A stretch of 25,605 bases of DNA from a virus (lineage: Duplodnaviria; Caudoviricetes): positions 1 through 25,605 of the IMG/VR virus record IMGVR_UViG_3300037423_000021; one strand, written 5' to 3'. Positions 17,161-24,916 of this stretch are shown here, in pieces; positions within the stretch are counted from its first letter, which is position 1, and each line of letters opens with the position of its first letter. The notes under the pieces are model-generated. The model was not told the DNA's origin. It was given only the letters and a program-made list of their open reading frames with translations, and made no database searches. A program made the translations under genes and the position numbers.

Positions 17161-17185
17161 GGCGGGCCACCAAAGGCAGCCCGCC
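17161..17185 (-). terminator. Hairpin after the capsid gene (weak terminator or mRNA stabiliser)
   Basis: GGCGGGC...GCCCGCC 7-bp stem 10 nt after the capsid stop, with no good U tract. Confidence 0.4.
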
Positions 17186-17194
17186 ATTTCGAAA

Positions 17195-18469
17195 TTAAGC
17201 CTGGACGAGGTACTTGACGGCCTTGGTGTCAAGCAGTTCGCCGTCGAAGCGGATCAAACCAGCGATGCCGAGATCCGGCCAGAAGCGCTCACGCAGAACG
17301 CCGATTACAGGCTCACCAACCTTGCGGACCCAGTACTTGCCGAAATCACCGAAGATGACCGTCTTGTTGGTCGTGGCGATGTTGGCCATAGCCTGGTTGA
17401 TGTAGTAACGGTAGCCAAGCACGCGGGCTGGCTCCTGCGACTGGTAGTCGCCGTGCGCCCACAGATAATTGCCCTGACCGTCCTTCAGCTTGCGGATGGC
17501 CGCCAGCGTCAGGTCGTTGAACTGGAACGCAACCTTCGGCGACTGGCGGTAAGCCGGGTCAACCGAGTGGATGAGGTCAATGAGCTCGTCCGATGCGATG
17601 GCGGTAGCGGACGCAGCGGTCTTGCCGAGCGATGCGGCGGTAACGATGCCGTTCGGAGCCGAAGTGCCGGTGCCGGTCGTAAGCTGGGCATTGGCAAGAC
17701 GGCCAAGGCGCTCGCCAAGCAGGTCGGCAAGCAGCGACTCCATGTTGAAGATGGAATCCTGCGCCAGCTGCCAGGAGAACTTCACGAACTTCGTATTGAA
17801 GTCGTAAGCCTCGAGCTGCTTCTGACCGAAGGTAGCATCAGCCGAACCGTCGTCGGTAAGCGCCGTGCCTTCCGTGCCGGCGCCGCCGGTGTTGCCAGTG
17901 TCGTCCGTGGTCGGGATCGGCAGCGCGTTGCCGGAGGCGGTATTCAGTTCGCTGATGATGTTGCCATCATACATCGGACCCCACGCCTTCATGGCGCGGA
18001 CGAGCATGTTCTGCAGTTCAACCGGGACGGTGTAGCCGCCAGCGGTGTTGGTGCCGCCAGTCTGGACGCGCTTTTCCATGTCGGCAACGACGCCAGCGCG
18101 CAGAACCTTGCGCTCCTCAGCGTCCAGCGCGTCGAGCGATGCGCCGTTCGACAGGAACTTGTGAAACACCTCGCGGTATTCGGCATTCCTCGGCTCGTCC
18201 TGGCCGCGCTGCGTGCCGTCTTCGGCGTTCGGGCGCTTAGCCTTACGCTCTTCCTCGACGGCCTTCGCAAGGCGCTCCTCGGCCGCTGCCATGCGCTGCT
18301 CGCGGGCGATAGTGGCCTCGATCTTGTCGAACTCGGCCATGATGTCGTCGTGGCGCTTGTCGAGCTCTGCGGCGCGGGCTTCGTCGGTGTTCTTCTTGAT
18401 TTCACCAAGCGCTTCGCGCGCCTGCGCAACGAGCACATTGCGCTTTTCGTTCAGTTCCTTGAGAGTCAT
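17195..18469 (-). CDS. Major capsid protein, HK97 fold with N-terminal delta (scaffold) domain
   Basis: Start moved to ATG 18469 (AAAGG RBS). Coiled-coil N-terminus, 'GGYTVP', 'TGTGTSAPNGI', 'IRKLKDGQGNYLW', 'FGDF..Y', 'RFDG'. Confidence 0.97.
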   Translation of the reverse strand: MTLKELNEKRNVLVAQAREALGEIKKNTDEARAAELDKRHDDIMAEFDKIEATIAREQRMAAAEERLAKAVEEERKAKRPNAEDGTQRGQDEPRNAEYREVFHKFLSNGASLDALDAEERKVLRAGVVADMEKRVQTGGTNTAGGYTVPVELQNMLVRAMKAWGPMYDGNIISELNTASGNALPIPTTDDTGNTGGAGTEGTALTDDGSADATFGQKQLEAYDFNTKFVKFSWQLAQDSIFNMESLLADLLGERLGRLANAQLTTGTGTSAPNGIVTAASLGKTAASATAIASDELIDLIHSVDPAYRQSPKVAFQFNDLTLAAIRKLKDGQGNYLWAHGDYQSQEPARVLGYRYYINQAMANIATTNKTVIFGDFGKYWVRKVGEPVIGVLRERFWPDLGIAGLIRFDGELLDTKAVKYLVQA

Positions 18470-18580
18470 TGCAATACCTTTGGGCAATAGATACCCGCCT
18501 CCGCACACGGCGAAGCCAACGGGCTGGTCTTGGTTGAAATGGCAGGACGTTAGCGTCCGCCCTCCGGGATTAACCGGGTG

Positions 18581-19210
18581 CTACGGTGCGTCCTGCCGGA
18601 TGCCCCGAATCTTTTGCTCTTGCCGTGCTTCGCGTTCGGCAATACGGCGCCGTGCTGCCGCGGCATCTGCCTTGGCCTTCTCGGCGTCCTTCTTGGCGTT
18701 CTCAGCATCTTGGCGAGCCGCCTCTAGCGAGCGCACGCCAAGGGTGGTGTCTTCATACGCGGGGAAAGCGCATGCGCTCACTTCGTACAACTCGACTTCC
18801 AGAATGGTTCGCACCATCTGGTCGCCGGTATCGTCCCATTCCTGGCGGCTGACGCAGAAGCCAAAGCTCATGCCGCTAACATCGCCGCGCTCAACGAGCG
18901 TCCACAGGTCGTTGCCGTCCGTGGTGTCCGGGACATCGATCTCTGCGCGCAAGCCGGTGCTGTCAGTCGACAGGCGCAGCGTTCCTGACTTCGTGCGTCC
19001 GATTACGCGGCCCGTATCATGGTCGATAAGCGCGCGCACATCGCCAGAAATGGCATTATCGAACGCACCTGGATCGATGCGCTCGATAAAGTAATCGCCA
19101 ATCTCGGTTTCGCTATTGAAGACTGCCGCATACCCGACAAGCGTTCGCTTGCCGCCATCCGCGCGCGTCTCCACGCCGGGTACAGCCCGGCGAGTTTCCA
19201 TCTTCGTCAT
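18581..19210 (-). CDS. HK97-family prohead maturation protease
   Basis: 'LVGYAAVFN', 'ERIDPGAF', 'ALIDHD...IGRT', 'GMSFGF', 'LYEVS..FPAY..T'. Confidence 0.96.
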   Translation of the reverse strand: MTKMETRRAVPGVETRADGGKRTLVGYAAVFNSETEIGDYFIERIDPGAFDNAISGDVRALIDHDTGRVIGRTKSGTLRLSTDSTGLRAEIDVPDTTDGNDLWTLVERGDVSGMSFGFCVSRQEWDDTGDQMVRTILEVELYEVSACAFPAYEDTTLGVRSLEAARQDAENAKKDAEKAKADAAAARRRIAEREARQEQKIRGIRQDAP

Positions 19211-20511
19211 GCGGCAGCAGCCCCACTAGGTTTGTTGTCGTTTGCGGGTGGCGTGGAGGCTGCCGGCTGCGTGCCGAGCGGCACCGTGGCGCCCTGTATG
19301 TAAAGTTTATCAGCAGCCTCGCCCTTGGCGGGCAGGTTCTCTAGCAAGCGAACCTCATCAGGCGTGCGAATGCCGTTCTGGATAGCCTGGCCGTAACCAG
19401 TCATGCGCGAAACGAAGTCGCCACGCAGCAACCCATCAAGGTTATGCTGGACATAGCGATTGTTGTTATCGCGACCGAATAGCTTAAGGTTGAGCTCGTC
19501 CTCGAGCGCCTGCGCCCACTGGCCAATCAGATGTTTGACAAGATGCAAGTCTTGCTGCTCAGCGTTGCTGAACGTCGCCTGCGTCAAGTCCTGTAAGAAC
19601 ACTGGCGGCAACTGATAAGCTCGAGCGATCTCTTCCACTTGGAAGCGCCGCGCCTCAATCATCTGGCCTTTTGCAGGGTCAATACCTACAGGCTTCAACT
19701 CATAGCCTGCCGGGATTGGAAACACAGGCTCGTTGGCGTTCTTGGCGGCGTCGACAGACCGTTTGATATCGGCTTGCGCGCGCTTTATCGCAGCGTCGCC
19801 AACCGGAAGCGGCCCGGTGAGCGCCAGCGGTGGCACGCCGCCGCCAGCAAAGAAATTGCTGCCGTAATCATTCATGGCGATGGCCAATTGAATGGCCTTC
19901 GCAGCCATCATGATCGGCCCCCAATGCATATAGCCATTGGAGCGAAGCATGAACGGGACATCGATGACTTCAGACGCAGGATATTCCTTGATTCCCTGCT
20001 GGTCCGAATATGGCGAATACTGATACGTCAGGACGCCATTGAAATACTTAACTGTCGTCCTGAACGGATCCATGGGCCAGAGCGCTTCAACGCCCTGCGG
20101 CGTGCGCTCAATCCACGCAAGACCGCGGCCACCGGTAAACACCTGCTGCCAGAACCACTGCCAGAACTTGAAACTGCCCTGGCCGTCGTTCGGCGCCTCA
20201 TGGACAACCGTTTCGATCTTGCCTGTTAGCTTCTGCGGGCCGTCTTTGGTCTTGCGATAGGCATGCTTTGGAAGCGTCGCCATCGTCCGCGACAGAAACG
20301 ACACAGCCGCCCAAACGGCAGGCACAGTCAGAGCGTTGTCGATAGTTACATTCGGCAAATTCGCCGTCTGAATACCGAAGAACGCAAGAAAGTTTTCCGA
20401 ACTTACGGGAACGCTCTGATTTTCAAGATTTACGCGAGTTTCTATTGCGTTTCTTTGCGTTTCTGCAATATTTACCGCCTTTTGGCGGGAAAATCTGTCA
20501 AATATTCCCAT
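19207..20511 (-). CDS. Portal protein, HK97 family
   Basis: 434 aa. 'ALTVPAVWAAV', 'FFAGGGVP', 'EEIARAYQLPP', 'TFSNAEQQ', 'GLLRGD..SR', 'TPDEVR..ENLP'. Confidence 0.97.
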   Translation of the reverse strand: MGIFDRFSRQKAVNIAETQRNAIETRVNLENQSVPVSSENFLAFFGIQTANLPNVTIDNALTVPAVWAAVSFLSRTMATLPKHAYRKTKDGPQKLTGKIETVVHEAPNDGQGSFKFWQWFWQQVFTGGRGLAWIERTPQGVEALWPMDPFRTTVKYFNGVLTYQYSPYSDQQGIKEYPASEVIDVPFMLRSNGYMHWGPIMMAAKAIQLAIAMNDYGSNFFAGGGVPPLALTGPLPVGDAAIKRAQADIKRSVDAAKNANEPVFPIPAGYELKPVGIDPAKGQMIEARRFQVEEIARAYQLPPVFLQDLTQATFSNAEQQDLHLVKHLIGQWAQALEDELNLKLFGRDNNNRYVQHNLDGLLRGDFVSRMTGYGQAIQNGIRTPDEVRLLENLPAKGEAADKLYIQGATVPLGTQPAASTPPANDNKPSGAAAA

Positions 20512-20524
20512 TTATCCCGCCAAA

Positions 20525-22459
20525 TTAAGTTGCTAATAGGCTAAATTCTGGATCGTCCCAAGGCGATGCAGGCGGCTTATGCTCAACGGCACCATCAACC
20601 ACCGCACCAACCGCCATGCACAGGGCGACAGCCGGATCGATGCGCACCGTTGACTTCTTTTTGCTGAGCCACTGGTTGCCCATAAGCGGATCAGTCTCGA
20701 TCGCCGTACCCATGATGGCACCTAGCAGTACAGGGCTGCGCCTTATGCGAATCCGTTGCTCAAGGATGAGCGTTTCCAGCGCCGAGACAGAACCAGGCAT
20801 CCATAAGCCAAGCGGCGGCTCCTCGCCATTCGCTTTTGCTTCCTCGACCTTATCGGCGTCGGGCTTGGCGCGCTTCTTGCCGCCCTGCGGGTGCGCAACG
20901 GTCTTTAGCTCGACGCCGTATTCGTCAAGTTCCTGCTCAAACTTATCAAAGACGTAACGGTCAAAAGCCAGGACGCCAATGCCATGCTCAGTATTGAGAC
21001 GCGCAAAGAGTGCCGCCACATGGTCGTATCTGATGCGAGCGCCAGGAGGTGCATTGATGTACCTATCCTTGGTGTCGTTGCCGTTGGCATCCTTGTGAAA
21101 TGTTTCATTCCACAGCTGGTAAGGCACATGGTCGACCTTCGACCGCTCGTCCATCGTGTCGTAAGGCGTAAACGCCTCAATCCACGCGTCGTAAGTCGGT
21201 AGATCAGCCTCCGTACCGTCAGCACGCACAACGCGCTTGGTGCCTGTCTCACGAACGAACGCCGCCGCGGTCAAATCCTTGGCGCCAGACAGGTCAAGGC
21301 CAGCCGCATCAATACGGCCTGCGCCTTCTTCATACGGATCGAAATCCGCCATGACCTTTTCGACCAATGGTCGAGGTATCCACGACGTATCGGCTTCTGT
21401 CCATACGCAGAAGTGCAGCCGCAAAATGCCGTTGCGTTTCGACGGAATGTCCTTGGCCTGAGCCACGACGCCGGCCAGGTAATCGTGCTTCAATGTGACG
21501 CCGAAAAGCGGGTTGGCCTTCTGCCAGCACGTCGGATCAGAAAACGGATCGTCATCCTTGTCGAGAGCGCACACGTAAGAAAACGTGCTGTCGTCAACAA
21601 CCTCGCCGACGTAGGTGAATTCCTCATCCGGCGTCTGCGTGCCGGCCGCCACCTTGACGGCGTGCTGATGCTCATCCCAACAGATCGTTGTACGGTCGCT
21701 GCCCGAGTTCGTGATCATGAACAGAAGTGGCTGACGACGAAACTTAAAGCCTCGCTCGAGCATTTCGATGACCTTGCCATCGGGGTGCTCATGGATTTCG
21801 TCGCAAAGGGCGATGTATGGGCGCGGGCCGCTGTGGGCGCCTTCGCGCGAGATCGGCCTAAAGAACGACCGCTTGGCGAGATACGCCAAATTCCACACAG
21901 GATTGCCGCCAGAAGGCGTCAATGCTGCCTTCAGCGCCGGTGACTGTTCATACATGGCGACGGCATCGCGGAACAGAACAAACGCCTGGTCCTTTGCGGC
22001 AGCGGCTGCGTAAATCTCGGCAGCCGCCTCACCGTCTGAAGTCATGCAGTAATGGCCGATACCCGCCGCCAAAGGCGACTTGCCGTTGCCTTTGCCCTCC
22101 TCGACATAGGCACGACGGAACCTACGCAACACTGCGCCATCCGACTCGGTACGCTTCCACCCAAAGATGGATCCGACCTTGAACTGTTGAGACGGATGAA
22201 GATGAAATTTCTTGCCTTCGAACTGACCGCCATTCAGGCGCAGCACGTCAGGAAAATAATTTAATACACGATCGCATGCGGCCTGATCCCATATCAAGCC
22301 TCGCTCATGCCCATGCTCCATGTCGTCAAGATGACGACGGCATGCATTGCGAACGTGCGGCCCGGCGACAATCTTACCGTCCAGCACGTCAATCGCATAA
22401 GCATCGACAGGATTCTTACGTGAAATATTTGGCCGCTGGGTCTTCGTCTTTGCCGTCAT
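20525..22459 (-). CDS. terL: Terminase large subunit
   Basis: Walker A 'EEGKGNGKS', Walker B 'LCDEIHEH', 'ITNSG', 'WQKANP', nuclease 'GLDLS...DLTA', 'RIDPAVA'. Confidence 0.97.
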   Translation of the reverse strand: MTAKTKTQRPNISRKNPVDAYAIDVLDGKIVAGPHVRNACRRHLDDMEHGHERGLIWDQAACDRVLNYFPDVLRLNGGQFEGKKFHLHPSQQFKVGSIFGWKRTESDGAVLRRFRRAYVEEGKGNGKSPLAAGIGHYCMTSDGEAAAEIYAAAAAKDQAFVLFRDAVAMYEQSPALKAALTPSGGNPVWNLAYLAKRSFFRPISREGAHSGPRPYIALCDEIHEHPDGKVIEMLERGFKFRRQPLLFMITNSGSDRTTICWDEHQHAVKVAAGTQTPDEEFTYVGEVVDDSTFSYVCALDKDDDPFSDPTCWQKANPLFGVTLKHDYLAGVVAQAKDIPSKRNGILRLHFCVWTEADTSWIPRPLVEKVMADFDPYEEGAGRIDAAGLDLSGAKDLTAAAFVRETGTKRVVRADGTEADLPTYDAWIEAFTPYDTMDERSKVDHVPYQLWNETFHKDANGNDTKDRYINAPPGARIRYDHVAALFARLNTEHGIGVLAFDRYVFDKFEQELDEYGVELKTVAHPQGGKKRAKPDADKVEEAKANGEEPPLGLWMPGSVSALETLILEQRIRIRRSPVLLGAIMGTAIETDPLMGNQWLSKKKSTVRIDPAVALCMAVGAVVDGAVEHKPPASPWDDPEFSLLAT

Positions 22460-22814
22460 CTGGTTTCGCGCCCGCCTTTGAAGCGTCTGCAGGCGTAGCT
22501 CCCATCTGTCCCAATGCCTGGCGAAGCAGGTTCATCGCCTGCACACCAACGTCTTGTCCGGCGATCATTCGCCCTAAAATATTGCTTGCCGTCGCCACTA
22601 AGATTCGATGGCTGTAGTTGAGCCAAGGAATCGTATCTGACAAAATGCCCCACGCTTCACGCGCCTTGCATTTGTCGGTATCGGTTAGCCAGTCAAAGGG
22701 CTCGCCGAGACTAGCGTCAACGGTTGGCTCGGCGCGGTCTGAAAACCGCGCCTTGTCATGCTGGTCGCGGCCCGTTACCGCCGCCTTCGCCTTTGGCGTG
22801 CGGGGTCTAGCCAT
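22416..22814 (-). CDS. terS: Terminase small subunit
   Basis: 132 aa. 'MARPRTP..KA', 'P.DWL', 'LGQMGATPADASK'; directly upstream of and overlapping terL. Confidence 0.85.
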   Translation of the reverse strand: MARPRTPKAKAAVTGRDQHDKARFSDRAEPTVDASLGEPFDWLTDTDKCKAREAWGILSDTIPWLNYSHRILVATASNILGRMIAGQDVGVQAMNLLRQALGQMGATPADASKAGAKPDDGKDEDPAAKYFT

Positions 22815-22839
22815 TTACCTATGCCTCAACATTTGAATT

Positions 22840-22912
22840 GCGGGACTCTGCGTCTTCGGGCCACGGCGGTCCGCCGCCTGTGTTGCGCCAGAGATACACA
22901 TACCCCCTACCG
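22840..22912. other. Probable cos (cohesive end) region
   Basis: Non-coding gap between HNH and terS. Minus strand GGGGG...GGCGGACCGCCGTGGCCC with the dyad GGCGG-T-CCGCC at 22865-22875. In HK97-type phages cos lies between the HNH gene and terS; the exact cut site cannot be determined here. Confidence 0.45.
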
Positions 22913-22967
22913 CACCGCACAACGCGCAATGCTGCAGTGCGTCATGTGTCATCGATGCAACACTTTG

Positions 22968-23282
22968 CTAGACAGGCCATCCATCTGCGCCATAGCGCAC
23001 TACGGTCTTGCCGTGCTCCTCGATCTGCTTGTCGCTCGAGTGGTGCGTGGCGCACAGTGACTGCAATGGTCCGCACCAGAACAGGTCATGGTCGCCGCGG
23101 TGTGGCGTGATGTGGTCGGCTACTGTAGCCGGCGTGACTATCTCGGACTGCAGGCACATAACGCAAAGAGGCTCAGCGCTAAGCTGAGCCTCACGACGCT
23201 GTAACCAGCGCTTAGTCTTGTACCACTTGTGCCATGGCCTGCCGTCTGGCTTACCATGCTTACGTTCGTCATATGCAGACAT
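22968..23282 (-). CDS. HNH endonuclease, terminase-associated (HK97 gp74-like)
   Basis: 'WY.TKRW..RR..QL..EPLCVMC', 'ATVADHITPHRGD..LFW...LQSLCATHH'. Start uncertain (23282 or 23354). Confidence 0.92.
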   Translation of the reverse strand: MSAYDERKHGKPDGRPWHKWYKTKRWLQRREAQLSAEPLCVMCLQSEIVTPATVADHITPHRGDHDLFWCGPLQSLCATHHSSDKQIEEHGKTVVRYGADGWPV

Positions 23283-23337
23283 GCGCCACCGTATGAACCA
23301 AAGCAGCAGCGCGTTAAGCGCAATATGCGGTAGCGAC

Positions 23338-23595
23338 CTAATCGTCGCTACCATCCCAATGCACCAGCGCTTCCTCTGGATAGGCATCAATGTTCATGCC
23401 TTTGTGGTCGTCATACCAAGCGACCTCAACGCAACCGTGCTCGCATACAGATAGAACTGTCATAAGCGGCGAACCGGTGAGTAGTGTAACTACGTCGCCA
23501 GGATAAAAGGCGTCGTCGGTCTGGATAGGCTCGGCAGACGGCTCAACTTCATCGAACCAGTAGTGAACATTAGATGGGTCAAAGTTTGATTTCAT
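23338..23595 (-). CDS. DUF2158 / YodC-like small protein
   Basis: GAGGAG RBS. 'F.PGDVV.L..GSP.MTV......VEV.WY......D.YPEEAL'. Confidence 0.8.
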   Translation of the reverse strand: MKSNFDPSNVHYWFDEVEPSAEPIQTDDAFYPGDVVTLLTGSPLMTVLSVCEHGCVEVAWYDDHKGMNIDAYPEEALVHWDGSDD

Positions 23596-23599
23596 GCGC

Positions 23600-24150
23600 G
23601 CTCTCCTCTTGCTTGAATGGCGATGACGGTTGCTTTAAGTGTGATAAGCTTAGCCCGGAAACTTTCTCGTTGGCCTTTGTGGCATTGCTCCGTGGTCGGG
23701 ACTTCCACCCGATACTTCCGCCAATACTCGCACCACGCTTTACGCCAATATGCGCTGGTCCGGTGCCGACCTACGGGGCGTTGCCCACTGGTATAAAAAG
23801 GCTGCCGGACAAACCAGAGGGCCGCATGGCGACTGTCTAGAATACCTATTACGTCCCAACCCTGTGTCTGGCGTTACCCAGAGGACGGCAGCAAAAATTG
23901 AGCGCTGCCGGGAGTTTCGTTGAGGCCACGATATGGCGCCATCTAATACTCAACCGGCAGCGAAACCGCCACAAGTCGCCGAGAGGAGGCGGCGCCAGGT
24001 GGCGATAGACGACAGCAAAGGTAGACGCCGCCGATGGCGCACCAAGCGGCTATATGGCTTGCTGTCGCGTAGCTTTGAGGACCGTCGCGCGGACACATGC
24101 GAGCCTATAGCGTACCGCCAGCCGTACCGTTGCCTCAAACTGTTGGCAAC
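23600..24150 (-). ncRNA. Candidate structured late-leader RNA (tandem closed stem domains)
   Basis: Six abutting segments, each bounded by inverted repeats of 6-13 bp, and no credible CDS (see findings). Confidence 0.5.
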
Positions 24151-24154
24151 CATT

Positions 24155-24192
24155 GATTGCCTATATATAGGCAATCTGGCGACTATCTGTTA
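24155..24192 (-). promoter_or_regulatory. Putative late promoter/operator with a perfect 22-bp palindrome
   Basis: GATTGCCTATATATAGGCAATC (24155-24176), 20 bp after the regulator stop codon. It has a TATATA -10-like core but no TTG -35 at 17-bp spacing. Confidence 0.55.
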
Positions 24193-24196
24193 CGTA

Positions 24197-24916
24197 TCAA
24201 GCCGCAATATCTTGGCGCGAAATAGGTCCAAGCGCGTCTCGTATCGTAATTAGCGCCAAATGACATATGGCGCGACCGGCACCAGGCTTCCCGTCTCTGC
24301 TTGAGGCTCCGCTGGCCGCTCCTACTTCGGCAAGCGTAGCGCCATCAATGCACGCCATTTCGAACGGCTCGAGCGTAGGGCCTAGCAACGATTGAAGCCA
24401 GGCCAGCTTTTCGCGAGCGTCGATAGCGTCGTTTATGGCGCGATCGCCAGTCCACGGACGCGGCACAGGCGCGGCATTCTTCTTGCTGTCTGGATTGGTC
24501 GGCGTAGATCTTGTCGGCTGAATATCCGACGAGGCACCTTTGCGCACAATCTCGCCACCATACGTTATGCGGCCAGTGCTCTCGTCCATGTAGCTGCGAT
24601 GCACGATGGTCATCTCGGCGCTAGGCTGGCCTTTCATACCGATAAGCACCTCGCCTTTGGCCATCTCGTATGTCTTGCGGTACATCATGGCGTACTTGAG
24701 CAGATCGCCATTGCCTTCCGCCAGCAGTGCCTTGGCAAGTGGCCAATTGATGTTGTCGTTGTCCGCCGTGCCGTCCCAATCCTTGCCGTAAGACGCACGA
24801 AGCGCCAGGCGACGCTTTTGCGCATGCACGCCTTCCTTGTCGGCGCCATATGTCATGCGCGCCGGTAGGTCGTCACCTGTTCCGAAAACGATGCGCGTGC
24901 GCTTGGTGTCGTTCAA
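24197..24916 (-). CDS. Putative late transcription regulator (C-terminal HTH / sigma region 4-like)
   Basis: TTG start with GAGGAG RBS, overlapping the upstream stop. C-terminal 'DAIDAREKL..L..LLG...FEMACIDGATLAEVG...GAGRAI..LAL..I'; occupies the lambda Q position. Function is inferred. Confidence 0.55.
   Translation of the reverse strand: MNDTKRTRIVFGTGDDLPARMTYGADKEGVHAQKRRLALRASYGKDWDGTADNDNINWPLAKALLAEGNGDLLKYAMMYRKTYEMAKGEVLIGMKGQPSAEMTIVHRSYMDESTGRITYGGEIVRKGASSDIQPTRSTPTNPDSKKNAAPVPRPWTGDRAINDAIDAREKLAWLQSLLGPTLEPFEMACIDGATLAEVGAASGASSRDGKPGAGRAICHLALITIRDALGPISRQDIAA

Noticed and set aside
16901-18490. 529-aa plus-strand ORF
   Set aside because: It is the antisense shadow of the strongly codon-biased capsid gene, with no recognisable motifs or RBS.
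20525-22459. Intein in the long TerL
   Set aside because: There are no C/S...HN splice motifs or LAGLIDADG blocks; the extra length comes from short loops.
23600-24150. CRISPR array or canonical tRNA cluster
   Set aside because: There are no regularly spaced identical direct repeats, and no GGTTCGA T-loop or full cloverleaf was found by eye.
23574-24253. ORFs 23574-23840(+), 23933-24253(+) and 23950-24174(-) in the leader
   Set aside because: They lack convincing RBSs, have Arg-rich non-protein-like composition and cut across the stem domains. They are not formally excluded.
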